This document shows positions 28,327-38,824 of a stretch of DNA of 64,000 nucleotides, piece after piece. The notes beneath the pieces are model-generated. The model saw nothing but the letters and a program-made list of their open reading frames with translations, ran no database searches and had not been told where the DNA came from. The number at the start of each line of letters is the position of its first letter. Positions within the stretch are counted from its first letter, which is position 1. The translations under genes were made by a program, and so were the position numbers. The DNA is from an uncultured Verrucomicrobiae bacterium (GTDB taxonomy: Bacteria > Verrucomicrobiota > Verrucomicrobiia > Opitutales > JABDGR01), in NCBI GenBank assembly GCA_963765205.1, contig CAVXVB010000005.1:32001-96000 (forward strand), read 5' to 3'.

Positions 28327-31098
28327 ATGTTAAGTCCCAAAGCACAGCTAAATCTAAAGAGCGCTAAAGAATACTTTCGCGAACATCTGGACGTGGGTGA
28401 CTACTATGCCGAGGGTCAAAAGGTGAAAGGCGAATGGTTCGGGATTGGGGCTGAAAAGCTGGGTCTGAAAGGAGTCGTCAAGGAAGCTGAATTTATAGCC
28501 TTGTGCGATGGATTGCACCCGCAGACAGGTGAGCAATTGACGGTACGGAAGAATACGAATCGGCGTAACGCTGATGGCCGGACAATGGCGAATCGGCGGG
28601 TATTCTATGACTTCACGATTAGTCCGCCAAAGTCGGTGTCGGTGGTCGCACTTTTGCAAGATGACCGGATTGTGGGGCTGCATAATGAGGCGGTGAAAAT
28701 GGCGATGTTGGAACTGGAAAAGTTCGGCGCAACGAGAGTGCGGAAGGCCGGACAGCGTTGCGATAGAGCGACCGGGAATGTGGTGGTGGCGGCGTTCCGG
28801 CATGACACCAGCCGCGAACTTGATCCGCACTTGCATACCCATTGCGTGGTGCTAAACGCCACCTTTGACCAGGTGGAAAATCGTTGGAAGGCATTGGAAG
28901 TATCGGGAATGTATCGGGCGCAAAAGTTGGCCGAAAACCTCTATTACCATGAACTCGCCAAGGGCCTGCGGGCGCTCGGCTATGAAATCGAATCCAACGC
29001 TCGTGACTTTGAAATCAAGAATGTTCTGGCCAACGTCATTACGACGTTTTCCAAGCGGAATCAGCAAATAAGCGAAGAAACCCGAAAGCGGGTAGAAGCC
29101 GAAGGGCTGAGGGGTAACGTCAAGGAGGTCAGAGAACAGGTAGCTCGGGACGAGAGAAGGCGGAAGATCAAGGATTCGACGGCCAGCAATTTGCGTCCAA
29201 TGTGGGGAAAGCAACTGACGAAATCCGATCAAGCCTCTTTGGATGCCTTGCGGATGGTCTCGCCGCGACCCTTGGAAAGAACCGATTTGAACAATGTTGT
29301 TGCCTGGGCGGATGAACACCTTTTTGAGCGGCGCTCGGTCGTGAATGACTATGAATTGATGGCTACGGCGTTGGCGCATGGACGCGGACAAGATTTTGAT
29401 TTGGCCTCATTACGGTCGGCCATTGAAGGTCGTGGCTATGTCCGCGAAGCGGGCACACATAAGCTCACGTCTCGCGACATGCTACGCTGCGAATATGGTA
29501 TCGTGGTAGCCGCTCGCGATGGGCGCGGCATGGAAATGGCGCTAAATCCAAGTTACCCTCCGGCTTCCGCATTGTCGCGGGAACAAGCGACGGCGGTGAA
29601 AAGGATTCTCAATAGTCGGGATTTTATCACTTTGTTTCGGGGCAGCGCGGGCACTGGCAAAAGCTTTACCTTGCGTGAGGTGACACAGGGAATTCAGGCC
29701 GCTGGTCTGCCCGTGGTCGTATTGGCCCCGCAACGTCAGCAAGTGGCCGATTTGTGCGCCGATGGCCTTGCTGCGGACACTCTCGCACATTGCCTGCTTA
29801 CGAAAACATTGCCACGTCGCGCCGTGGTGCTCGTGGATGAGGCGGGTCAGATTGGAGGAAAGCAAATGAATTTGCTGATTACCTTGGTGAAGGCTCACAA
29901 TGGCCGTTTAATTCTGTCCGGTGACACGCGGCAGCATGGCGCGGTTCAAGCTTCGGATGGGTTGCGAGCCATCGAGAAATTCAGTGGATTAAGGGCGGCG
30001 GTGCTGCGGGATATTCGGCGGCAAAATCCGGCACTGGCAAAATCGGCCAGGGAACGAGCCTTCGTGACTGGATACCGACAGGCGGTTAAGGCGGCTGCGT
30101 CCGGGTTCGTCGGTGAATCTTTCGACCGCCTTGATGGGCTGGGCTGCATAGTCGAAACGACGCCGGACGAGCGCCGTGAGATGCTGGCGCGGGAATACCT
30201 CGCCAGCCTTGACCGCAAGGAACGTACTTTAGTTGTGGCGCAAACGTGGACTGAGGTAAACGCGGTGAACGAGGCCATCCGTGAACAAATGAGGATGAGC
30301 GAAAAATTGAGCGGCGGCACGACACTCACCGCCTATCAGGCGGTGGATGCCACTGAGGCGCAGAAGCGCGAGGCCAGTTTCTACCAGGTCGGTCAACACG
30401 CTTATTTCTTTCGACGGTATGGGCGTTTTACCAAGGGTGATCTCTGTCTCGTTGCCGGCGCAAATGAACATGGCGTTGTGCTAATCAAGAATGGGCGGCG
30501 GTCAACCGTGAGCTATCGTTACGCCAATAGATTTTCGATAACCACTGAAAGGGAATTGGAGGTGGCCTTGGGTGATCGCCTGCAATTGAAGTTTAATGGC
30601 GAGTCGAAAGAAGGACAGGTGATAAACAACGGCGAACTGGTGACCGTCCGCCGTGTGCGCAAGAACGGCTCGCTAGTGGTCGAGGACGATGTCGGGATGC
30701 GGAAAACGCTCTCCCCCGCCCAAAGAATGTTCAACCGTGGATATGCGGTCACCTCCTACGCCTCACAAGGCAAGACGGTTGACACGGTACTGATTTCCGA
30801 TGCGGGCTCCCGCATGGCAACGAACCGCAACCAATGGTATGTCGCCATCTCGCGTGGGCGAAAACGGGTGATGGTTTTCACGGATAACAAGGCGGATTTG
30901 CGAGCCAACATCGAGCAAAGTGGCGACCGGAGCCTTGCCTTGGAAATGAAACTCCCCGTTGGGCTGTCGGTTGCCAAAGAAGTGCGCGCGTGGCTCCCGG
31001 AGTTATCGCAACAGGCCATGTGTGACCAAGCCCAGCGGCATGAGGCCATCATGCAGTTGACTAATCAATCTACGGTGCATCCAAAAATTTCTATATGA
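28327..31098 (+). CDS. MOBF (TrwC/TraI-like) relaxase-helicase
   Basis: EYF..GDYY, DFTISPPKSVS, HDTSRELDPHLHTH, FSKR, GSAGTGKS, VDEAG, GYAVTSYASQGKTVD, YVAISR. Confidence 0.95.
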   Translation: MLSPKAQLNLKSAKEYFREHLDVGDYYAEGQKVKGEWFGIGAEKLGLKGVVKEAEFIALCDGLHPQTGEQLTVRKNTNRRNADGRTMANRRVFYDFTISPPKSVSVVALLQDDRIVGLHNEAVKMAMLELEKFGATRVRKAGQRCDRATGNVVVAAFRHDTSRELDPHLHTHCVVLNATFDQVENRWKALEVSGMYRAQKLAENLYYHELAKGLRALGYEIESNARDFEIKNVLANVITTFSKRNQQISEETRKRVEAEGLRGNVKEVREQVARDERRRKIKDSTASNLRPMWGKQLTKSDQASLDALRMVSPRPLERTDLNNVVAWADEHLFERRSVVNDYELMATALAHGRGQDFDLASLRSAIEGRGYVREAGTHKLTSRDMLRCEYGIVVAARDGRGMEMALNPSYPPASALSREQATAVKRILNSRDFITLFRGSAGTGKSFTLREVTQGIQAAGLPVVVLAPQRQQVADLCADGLAADTLAHCLLTKTLPRRAVVLVDEAGQIGGKQMNLLITLVKAHNGRLILSGDTRQHGAVQASDGLRAIEKFSGLRAAVLRDIRRQNPALAKSARERAFVTGYRQAVKAAASGFVGESFDRLDGLGCIVETTPDERREMLAREYLASLDRKERTLVVAQTWTEVNAVNEAIREQMRMSEKLSGGTTLTAYQAVDATEAQKREASFYQVGQHAYFFRRYGRFTKGDLCLVAGANEHGVVLIKNGRRSTVSYRYANRFSITTERELEVALGDRLQLKFNGESKEGQVINNGELVTVRRVRKNGSLVVEDDVGMRKTLSPAQRMFNRGYAVTSYASQGKTVDTVLISDAGSRMATNRNQWYVAISRGRKRVMVFTDNKADLRANIEQSGDRSLALEMKLPVGLSVAKEVRAWLPELSQQAMCDQAQRHEAIMQLTNQSTVHPKISI

Positions 31099-31490
31099 CC
31101 ACTTTGAAGGAAGAACTTCAAAAGCGGCGATTGGCGGAACCGCAAGTCGTCCGTTCCTACGAGTTGGCGAAAGAGCCGGTTCGTTCGCTGCAAATCCATT
31201 CGTGGAACGGCGAAAAGCTGGTGCTGCCGTGGTCGCAGTTTCATTCTGCCGCCCACCGGGCCGCGAATGACGGTGAGCAGTTGGTGCTCGGATTCTCCAA
31301 GCATGAGGTTGTATTACAAGGCGGGCGTTTGGCGATCCTGTTGCCAAAGATTGCCAGTTTCCATCTTGCTTGCGTTTGGGGTGAGTCGGCGGAATTCCAA
31401 AATGAATCGGACCTAAAAGAAGCATTTATCAGCCGGGTCGCGGTGCGCTGTCTGACGAATTTGACCGGGCGAGGCCCGGAAACGTTCTGA
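31095..31490 (+). CDS. Hypothetical protein coupled to the relaxase
   Basis: ATGA overlap with the relaxase stop. Confidence 0.65.
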   Translation: MTTLKEELQKRRLAEPQVVRSYELAKEPVRSLQIHSWNGEKLVLPWSQFHSAAHRAANDGEQLVLGFSKHEVVLQGGRLAILLPKIASFHLACVWGESAEFQNESDLKEAFISRVAVRCLTNLTGRGPETF

Positions 31491-31513
31491 AAAATTCCGG
31501 GATTGTCCAAGTA
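31478..31513 (+). promoter_or_regulatory. Conserved box 2 (putative AraC site)
   Basis: GGAAACGTTCTGAAAAATTCCGGGATTGTCCAAGTA upstream of the coupling protein. Confidence 0.6.
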
Positions 31514-31584
31514 AATGCGGCTGGGGACGGGTAGATTGGGGATGGCTCCGTTACCCCGATGGTGACGGTTCGCCGTCCGTCGCC

Positions 31585-33060
31585 ATGTCGGCCAATTTCT
31601 TTCTTTCCGTTGGGAGCGCCTTTATCGCCATGGCATTATGGGCGCAGACAGGAATCAGCCGCACGGTTCCCTTGGCTTTTGGGCTGCTTTCCATTTGGCA
31701 GTTGCGCTGCGCCATGGAACGCCGTGTGGAGTCCTCCATCATTCTTCGGTTGGGCGGATTCGCCTGGGACGTGCACAGTTTTTGCCGGGGCTGGCTCATT
31801 ACCGGGCAAGTGGGCACGGGTAAGACGGCTGGGGCCATAAACACGATGCTTTGGCAGGTATCGAAAAATTGCCCCACTTGGGGCGGCGTTTGTGTGGATG
31901 ACAAGGGGCTGTATTGGGAAGCCCTGTCGGCGATGCTCAAACATCAGGGCCGCGCCGCTGATCTCATCCTATTGCAAGTGCGCCCAGAAAACGCCGGGGC
32001 TGACTGGAAGCCCCTGCATCGGTTCAATTTCTTGGACAATCCCCATTTACCAGATTCGGCCAAGGCCAAAATCGTCTGCGATGTGGCGGCGGCGATGGGC
32101 CAGCGGAGTGAGCAAAGTTTCTTTCGTATGCAAGCCCAGGTGCAAATGGAATTTGTTTTCAAGGCTTTGCGCTTTGCCGACGTGCCGGTGACTTTAGCGA
32201 ACACCTACGATTTCATTACCTCCGAAAGTCAGTTTACGGAGATAATGAACATGCTGAAAAAGAATCCTTCGCCCCAGGCGGAGTTGGTGGCCGATCACTT
32301 CCGCGAGAATTTTTTGACGCAACCCGGAGAGCAATTGGGCGGCGTCAAGACCACAGTGGCAAACTACCTGAAGCACTTTACGGAGCCGGATATTGAAGAA
32401 GTCTTTTGCCCGAAAGAGTCCACTTTCAATTTCGATGATATTGACCGAGGGAAAATCATCTGTGTTTCCATCCCGCAACGCTTCGCGGTGGAAAGGCGCT
32501 ATATCAATACGCTGCTCAAGCTGACGTTTTACGCCCATGCATTGCGCCGTTTCGACCGGCCCGCCGTCGAGCGAGCACGCGACAACCTGATTATTTTTTG
32601 GGCGGATGAGGCCCAGAAAATCGTCACGGCAAGTGAAGATGGCATGAGTGATTACAACGTGGTGGACGTATTGCGGGAAGCTCGCGCCACTGTGGTTGCC
32701 GCAACGCAATCCTATGCGTCGCTGATTCCGCCGATGGGTGATGAAAAGAAGGCCAAGGTCTTTATCGCGAATATGGCCAACCGGATTACCTTCTGCGCGG
32801 CGGATGAGGATTCCGCCAAAATTGCGGCCGATACCCTGGGCAAGCGCAAGGCCCGGCGTCGCACGGTAGGCTACTCGCTGGGGAAACGATCCACCTCCTA
32901 CACGGATGAGGACAAATATTTTATCGAACCTTATGAACTGCGGCATCTGCGGAAATTCCAAGCCGTCGTACAACACTGCGATTTTGGATTTCGCAAAGTA
33001 ACCATTCCCGCCCTCGGCACGGACGGGCGGATGCCGGCGTGGTATCGCAAAAGACTTTAA
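31585..33060 (+). CDS. Type IV coupling protein (VirD4/TraD-like)
   Basis: N-terminal TMs, ITGQVGTGKT, DDKG, ADEAQ, REAR..VVAATQS. Confidence 0.82.
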   Translation: MSANFFLSVGSAFIAMALWAQTGISRTVPLAFGLLSIWQLRCAMERRVESSIILRLGGFAWDVHSFCRGWLITGQVGTGKTAGAINTMLWQVSKNCPTWGGVCVDDKGLYWEALSAMLKHQGRAADLILLQVRPENAGADWKPLHRFNFLDNPHLPDSAKAKIVCDVAAAMGQRSEQSFFRMQAQVQMEFVFKALRFADVPVTLANTYDFITSESQFTEIMNMLKKNPSPQAELVADHFRENFLTQPGEQLGGVKTTVANYLKHFTEPDIEEVFCPKESTFNFDDIDRGKIICVSIPQRFAVERRYINTLLKLTFYAHALRRFDRPAVERARDNLIIFWADEAQKIVTASEDGMSDYNVVDVLREARATVVAATQSYASLIPPMGDEKKAKVFIANMANRITFCAADEDSAKIAADTLGKRKARRRTVGYSLGKRSTSYTDEDKYFIEPYELRHLRKFQAVVQHCDFGFRKVTIPALGTDGRMPAWYRKRL

Positions 33061-33065
33061 TCGCC

Positions 33066-34037
33066 ATGTCCCCTGAAACCGCCACCATTCCATTTTCCTC
33101 CGCGATTGTGCGAGCTGAGAAATTGCGCGGTCTGCGCCCGCATTTGGAAGCAAACATTCGGGGCCAGCCGCATGTCATGGAGCGCACTACTTCGGTTTTG
33201 ACGCGCGGGGAATTGGGCCTATCCCATCCCGGAAGGCCCAAAGGTTCGTTCCTCTTTGTTGGCCCTACCGGCGTGGGGAAAACTGAGCTTACCAACGTCT
33301 TTACGTCCTACCTTTTCGGCGAGCGGAAGCCGATTCGGTTTGATATGTCGGAATACCAGAATCAGTCTTCGGTGGAAAAGTTGATTGGACAGGCTGCCGA
33401 TCAAACAGGGCTGTTAGGCCGGGCGCTCGATGGCATCGCGGAAGGCACGTTGCTTTTCGACGAAATTGAAAAGGCGCATCCGCTCGTCCTGGATTTGTTC
33501 CTGCAAATGCTCGACGATGCGAGTATCACGTTCGCCACGGGTGAGCGGAAGAATCTATCTCGGTTCTATACGGTTTTTACGAGTAACATTGGCTCGTCCG
33601 AGGTTATGCGGATGACTTCCGCGCCGATGGCGACGGTGGAACGAACAGTGCTGTCGCGCGTCGGTCAGCAACTTCGCCCTGAATTGGTCGGGCGCATAAC
33701 CGAAAAGTTGGTGTTCGGTCGCTTGGGCTTCGACACGCAACGCGAGATTTGCGAGCTGATGATTGAGCGGGAACGCGCCCGGTTGCGCAACTTGGGCTTT
33801 GTCCTGGAAGCAAATGGCGAAGTCGTGGAATTCTTAATTCGGCGCGGTTTCCACAAAAATCTCGGTGCGCGGCCCATGCGTGCCGCAGTCGAACGTCATT
33901 TGCAGGATGCCATCGCGGAGGGGATGCTTTGCAATGGAGAAGGCTCTGGGCGCGTAGTTGTGGATGAGCGAAACGAACGTTTAGTGCTTCACCCCAATAG
34001 CCCTCCAATTTGCGACGATACCGTGACGACGCCGTGA
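33066..34037 (+). CDS. Stand-alone ClpB-D2-like AAA+ ATPase
   Basis: IRGQ, RPKGSFLFVGPTGVGKTE, DMSEYQ, FDEIEKAH, TSN, RPELVGR, GARP. Confidence 0.88.
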   Translation: MSPETATIPFSSAIVRAEKLRGLRPHLEANIRGQPHVMERTTSVLTRGELGLSHPGRPKGSFLFVGPTGVGKTELTNVFTSYLFGERKPIRFDMSEYQNQSSVEKLIGQAADQTGLLGRALDGIAEGTLLFDEIEKAHPLVLDLFLQMLDDASITFATGERKNLSRFYTVFTSNIGSSEVMRMTSAPMATVERTVLSRVGQQLRPELVGRITEKLVFGRLGFDTQREICELMIERERARLRNLGFVLEANGEVVEFLIRRGFHKNLGARPMRAAVERHLQDAIAEGMLCNGEGSGRVVVDERNERLVLHPNSPPICDDTVTTP

Positions 34038-34145
34038 AAACACGGTGAACCTCTCTCTACAAATTTGAAACCAAGCCTAATGCAAGGTAGGTTAGGCAAA
34101 GTCACTTTTCCCCTCAAAAGCTTTTGACTCAAATGACTCCGCACT

Positions 34146-35072
34146 ATGAATGCCGTTTGCATCGAACTCGTCCCAACGCGCTCGCGGGCGGGGAGTCGAA
34201 ATGTTCAACGGCCAAATTTGACCATGCAGCCCTTTGGCCCGTGGCTTTGCCATGGTGAAGAAGTCAGTGTCTATTATACGAGGTTGAAGCCGAATAGTTG
34301 GCCGAAGCACAATCATAGGCACGCTGAACTGCTGCTTACCTTTGATTCGGCTCAGGGTGAGATTGTCTGGGAGAAAGGCGCGGATTGCACGCGGCGGCAA
34401 CTGCTGGGGCCGCATCAATTCTGTTTGATTCCACCCAATGTGCCGCACGCTTGCGAATGGAAGCGTGCGGCTGATGTCGTGGTGGTGTTTTTTGGCGAAG
34501 GGCTGCTCAAATCGCAAGTGCGCCAGCCGCAAGGCAACGTGGTGGTGGGTGATTTTCGACCGCTTACCCGATTGGATGGATGCCTATGGTCGTTGGGGTG
34601 CATTTTTCACGATTTGTGCCACAAAAAGGAAAGACCGTCTGCCGACTTCATCGAAGGTGTCGGAACCGCCTTGGCCTCGCGCACGCTTGAATTGCATTTT
34701 AACGCTAATCAACGGGGTGTAAGGCCGCAACCCGGATTGCCGGACCATGTGCTGCATCGGGTGGTCACGTATATTGACGGGCATTTGAACGAATCCATCA
34801 CGGTAAGCGATATGGCCCGTCAAGCGGCATTGGGAGTTGATCGCTTCACCCAACTCCTGAAAATCACCACCGGCGCGTCGCCGCTGCAATTTCTTTTGAA
34901 ATGCCGGGTTGAAAAGGCGCTGGAACTTTTACGCACCGGAAAATTTCGCGTGGGGGAAGCGGCCTGCCAGGTGGGATTCTGCGACCAAAGCCATCTCGAC
35001 CGGCACTGCCGAAAAATTTTCGGATGTGCGCCTAAGACGGCGATTACAGCACATGAACGGGAATCGTTCTGA
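34146..35072 (+). CDS. AraC-family transcriptional regulator
   Basis: Cupin-like H.H...IPPNVPH N-terminus; C-terminal VGFCDQSHL.R. Confidence 0.9.
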   Translation: MNAVCIELVPTRSRAGSRNVQRPNLTMQPFGPWLCHGEEVSVYYTRLKPNSWPKHNHRHAELLLTFDSAQGEIVWEKGADCTRRQLLGPHQFCLIPPNVPHACEWKRAADVVVVFFGEGLLKSQVRQPQGNVVVGDFRPLTRLDGCLWSLGCIFHDLCHKKERPSADFIEGVGTALASRTLELHFNANQRGVRPQPGLPDHVLHRVVTYIDGHLNESITVSDMARQAALGVDRFTQLLKITTGASPLQFLLKCRVEKALELLRTGKFRVGEAACQVGFCDQSHLDRHCRKIFGCAPKTAITAHERESF

Positions 35073-35094
35073 AAAATCCCGGAATCATCCAAGA
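35060..35094 (+). promoter_or_regulatory. Conserved box 3 (putative AraC site)
   Basis: GGAATCGTTCTGAAAAATCCCGGAATCATCCAAGA upstream of the pilin operon. Confidence 0.6.
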
Positions 35095-35133
35095 CGGTTT
35101 AAGTGAAGTGAGGTAGGTTTGGGCACATTCGCC

Positions 35134-35460
35134 ATGAAAACTATCCTAAAACTTATTCCTGTTTTGATTTCGCTCCAGCCGCTGCAAAGCCGCGCCGGGG
35201 TGCTGCCAGCACCGATGCTGGCGCAAGTGTCGGGCACGCTCAAGCAATCCATGCAAGCCGGGTTGGGCGTGATGTTCCTCTTCGGCTTCCTCTGGGGTGT
35301 CGTCAAAATCTGGTCGGGTGCAGATCGAATGTCGAAAGGGGACGTGGATGGGAAAATGGGCATCGTTGCCGGTATTATCATCGCGGGCGCCGCCGCCATC
35401 ATGGGCGCTCTGTTCGCAATTTTCGGCATGGGTGACGGGGTGTTGACGCCACAATTCTAG
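35134..35460 (+). CDS. VirB2-like pilin
   Basis: Signal peptide plus two hydrophobic helices; first gene of the T4SS operon. Confidence 0.6.
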   Translation: MKTILKLIPVLISLQPLQSRAGVLPAPMLAQVSGTLKQSMQAGLGVMFLFGFLWGVVKIWSGADRMSKGDVDGKMGIVAGIIIAGAAAIMGALFAIFGMGDGVLTPQF

Positions 35461-35471
35461 CCTCACTCGCC

Positions 35472-35813
35472 ATGAGCGAATTGCGCATAACGGACACGAA
35501 TAGCGCAAACGACAGCAAAGGGCGCGCGTTCGGATTGGAGGGCAACGATTTTATCTACGTCCTCGTGGCTTTCGTCACTTCCCTCGGTCTCTACATCCTC
35601 CTCACCGCCTTATTTGGCATCGGTAAAATTGCCGCATTAGTCCTCGTCCTACCCTTCCTGCTTGGCCCGCTGGCCTGGGTGCTGCTTCTGCGGCACAACA
35701 AACCGGAAGGCTACGCGAGAGATTGGTTTGATCAAAAATTCAACGGAGAAGGCTGGTCGTTTGTTGTTCAAACGCAACCCGCCCCCCACCAACGCCGTGA
35801 ACGCCGCACCTAA
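35472..35813 (+). CDS. VirB3-like membrane protein
   Basis: Two TMs, KPEGY; directly before VirB4. Confidence 0.6.
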   Translation: MSELRITDTNSANDSKGRAFGLEGNDFIYVLVAFVTSLGLYILLTALFGIGKIAALVLVLPFLLGPLAWVLLLRHNKPEGYARDWFDQKFNGEGWSFVVQTQPAPHQRRERRT

Positions 35814-38415
35814 TGGATATTTTGCCGATGGGCTGATACTCTTCGGCTCGCTGGAGAAAGGCGGCTGCGCGGCCAAAGGCTACGTCCTCCAGCCGCCAGA
35901 CTTGCGGGGCGGCAGCGTGTCGAATCTGAATGCCTACCAGGACAAGATTCGTAGTTTGCTGGCGAACGTCTCGGTCGGAATGCGGGTGCAACTCCAATGG
36001 ACGTGCAATTGCGATTACAAGAAGGAGCTAACCCGGTATTTCCGGGAAACGGAAAAGGTAACTCATCCGCATATCAAGCGGGTGCGCACGGAACGGTTTC
36101 AACGGTTTTGGGACAGGATGCACCGCCGCGAGCTGCGACGGGAAAATTTGGTGCTTTTCGTAACGACGGCAATTACGAGTTATTCGGGAAATGTCAAAGG
36201 TCACGATGCGTTGTTGCGCTATTACGAAAAGCTCTTGGGACAACTGCGCGGCCAGTTTGACGAATTGACGGGCACGCTGCGAACGATTTTCGGCGGCGAT
36301 ACCCCGGTGACGCCGATGGGCGATATTGAGCATTACGTTTACTGCAAGAAATTCCTCAATCCGTCGCTGGCGGATCGTTTCGACGTGGATTTTGAGGCGC
36401 AATTCAACCCGGCTTTGTCGCTGCAAGAAAACTGCTGGAATTCGGACGGCGTAAGTCTGCCAAAAATCGGTTTTTATTTCGATGGCCTCTATCATACGAT
36501 TTACACGCTCAAGCGTTGGCCGAGTCGAACATACCCTGGCATTATTCACCGGCTAACCGGATTGTCGTTTCTCGACTATCAAATCACGGTCAACATAGAA
36601 CCGCTGCCCGCTAAGCGCGAAGTCGAGAAGGAGGAAAAGGCCATTGAACGGCTGCGCGGGGAATACGAAGATTCGGAGCGGCACTCGCTGTTGGTCGCCA
36701 TTGGGAAAAAGGAGAAGAAGATTGAATCGCTTTCGACCGGCTTCATCAATGCCTTCGCCGTTACTTACATTTTTCGCGTCTGGGATGAAAGCGAGTCGGC
36801 GTTAAGCGCGAAGTGTGCCGCGATCAAAAATGCAATCAATTCGATGGGTGGCGCACAGTATTACGAGTGCGCCCTTCCTTCGACGGCCAAAAAGCTGTTT
36901 TTCGCCTCCTGGCCGGGCTGGACTGGCTCCGATTACCGCTACCGCAACCTTTACGGGGAGGATGCCTACTTGGCGGACATGCTACCGTTTTCGGCCACGT
37001 TCACCGGGCATCTGGACGAGGCAGAAGCAATCTACGATGGCTCTCAAAACAATCTCGTCGGCTTGCGCACCTTCCTTGGCTCGCCGCCAACGCCGCAACA
37101 TACGGTTCTTATCGGCGCAACGGGCGCGGGCAAATCCGTGCATATGCGGGACTTTTTGGAGCAAACGGCCTGTTATTACGATTACACGGTCTTGATTGAA
37201 GAGGGTTTGTCCTACAAGGCGTTCACGCAAGCCCTGGGAGAGCGGCCAATCATCCTGCACCCGGATGGTGATTTGACCATTAACTATTTCGACACGGGCG
37301 GCTTGCCGCTCGGTCAATTGCAACTGGCGACTGCCGTGGCTCTGGTCGCCCGGATGATTGGCGAAGCGCCCGGTGTCGAGGCGCAGCAAATCCGTCAAGC
37401 GTTGCTGGCCCAATACATTACCCAGCTCTATGAGGATACTTTTGAGGAATGGGCGAAGCGGCATCGCGAGCTGGTGCCGGGCATCGAGCGGATGGCCTGT
37501 GCCACGCATCGTTGGAAGCTCGAAAAAATGGGATTGGGTGCAACGGAATTAGAAGCCTTCGCGGAACTGCGTGACCGTCAAAAGGCAAATGACGATGAGG
37601 CCCTACAATTCATCGCCGCGATTACTGAGGGGGAGATTACCAAGTTCCTCAAGCAACCTCAAACGGAACGTTCGGTGGTGGCAATGGCGCACGCGCATTA
37701 TCGCCGGGAAGATTTTCCGGTTCACGCGAGTCTCGTTGAATTGATGCAATTCTCCCGATTCCCCGAGCACAAGAAAGAGGAAATTGACCATTTGGCTACG
37801 TTGCTCTCCGCCTGGACGGCGCAAGGGCATTATGGCCGGCTGTTCGATGGCCCCACGAATGTTTCCCTTACGGGCAAGATTGCCCATTTTGAACTCGGTT
37901 ATATCCCGGAACAGGCCACGGAATTGAAAACCGCTGCGGGGCTGCTGGTCAGTGGCTTTGCTCGGCAGCATATCATCAGCCTGCCTCGGGCTCTCTGGAA
38001 ACGGGTGGTTTACGAGGAATTGGCGCGGTTTCTCGACGTGCCGGGCGGGGAGAAAATTGTCGCGGAGTCCTACGCGCAATTGCGCAAGTTCAACTGCTGG
38101 ACGGCCTCCATAGTCCAGCAATACAGCAAGTTCAAGGATACGCGGATTCGTCCGGTCGTCATTGGTAACAGCAAGCAATTCTTCTTGATGCGGCAGTTTG
38201 ACCGGGCCGATGTGGAAGACATTGCACTGGCGATCAATCTGCCGGAGTCGGTCTGCGCCTCCATCCAGAATTATCCCATGCCGGAGCAACAACCGACCGA
38301 CCGGAAATTCTCCAGCATCTGCTTTTTCAGCCCGGTCACAGATCCGCCGCTGTGCGGCACGGTGCGCAACGTTCAACCGCCCAAGGAGGTTTCCCATGAA
38401 AAAGTCGCGGTCTAA
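35797..38415 (+). CDS. virB4: VirB4-like conjugative ATPase
   Basis: HTVLIGATGAGKS, YEE Walker B, LRK.N...IVQQ, NS..FFL; GTG start inferred. Confidence 0.82.
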   Translation: MNAAPNGYFADGLILFGSLEKGGCAAKGYVLQPPDLRGGSVSNLNAYQDKIRSLLANVSVGMRVQLQWTCNCDYKKELTRYFRETEKVTHPHIKRVRTERFQRFWDRMHRRELRRENLVLFVTTAITSYSGNVKGHDALLRYYEKLLGQLRGQFDELTGTLRTIFGGDTPVTPMGDIEHYVYCKKFLNPSLADRFDVDFEAQFNPALSLQENCWNSDGVSLPKIGFYFDGLYHTIYTLKRWPSRTYPGIIHRLTGLSFLDYQITVNIEPLPAKREVEKEEKAIERLRGEYEDSERHSLLVAIGKKEKKIESLSTGFINAFAVTYIFRVWDESESALSAKCAAIKNAINSMGGAQYYECALPSTAKKLFFASWPGWTGSDYRYRNLYGEDAYLADMLPFSATFTGHLDEAEAIYDGSQNNLVGLRTFLGSPPTPQHTVLIGATGAGKSVHMRDFLEQTACYYDYTVLIEEGLSYKAFTQALGERPIILHPDGDLTINYFDTGGLPLGQLQLATAVALVARMIGEAPGVEAQQIRQALLAQYITQLYEDTFEEWAKRHRELVPGIERMACATHRWKLEKMGLGATELEAFAELRDRQKANDDEALQFIAAITEGEITKFLKQPQTERSVVAMAHAHYRREDFPVHASLVELMQFSRFPEHKKEEIDHLATLLSAWTAQGHYGRLFDGPTNVSLTGKIAHFELGYIPEQATELKTAAGLLVSGFARQHIISLPRALWKRVVYEELARFLDVPGGEKIVAESYAQLRKFNCWTASIVQQYSKFKDTRIRPVVIGNSKQFFLMRQFDRADVEDIALAINLPESVCASIQNYPMPEQQPTDRKFSSICFFSPVTDPPLCGTVRNVQPPKEVSHEKVAV

Positions 38416-38824
38416 ATTTCTCTGGCTACTCTTGCTGCCCCTGTTCGCTTTAGCGGGCTGCGCGTCCGGCATGGGCGGCGCGGCGTCGGACATTGGGCTA
38501 ACCGGGGCTGGTGGCGCGGTCGGCTATGAGGTGTCCGGTGGCAAAATCGGGGGCACTGCCATTGGCGCGGGTGCTGGCTACCTCGCGTCAAAAATCGCGC
38601 AGTCGCAATTTGCGAATGCTACCCAGGAAGCGGACAAGGCCGGATTCGACCGCGCCATGAATCAAGCGGTGAAGCAGCAATACTGGATTATCCAAAACCA
38701 GCAAAAATCCACGGTCGTGGCTGATGAGCGGAATCCGCGTCTCGTGCCGGTGGTCATTCCTGAATCCAACATCAACGGCGTCGTTCAAAATTCCCATGTT
38801 GAATATCTATCCATCGAACCATGA
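38396..38824 (+). CDS. T4SS-associated lipoprotein
   Basis: LAGC lipobox, glycine zipper. Confidence 0.7.
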   Translation: MKKSRSKFLWLLLLPLFALAGCASGMGGAASDIGLTGAGGAVGYEVSGGKIGGTAIGAGAGYLASKIAQSQFANATQEADKAGFDRAMNQAVKQQYWIIQNQQKSTVVADERNPRLVPVVIPESNINGVVQNSHVEYLSIEP

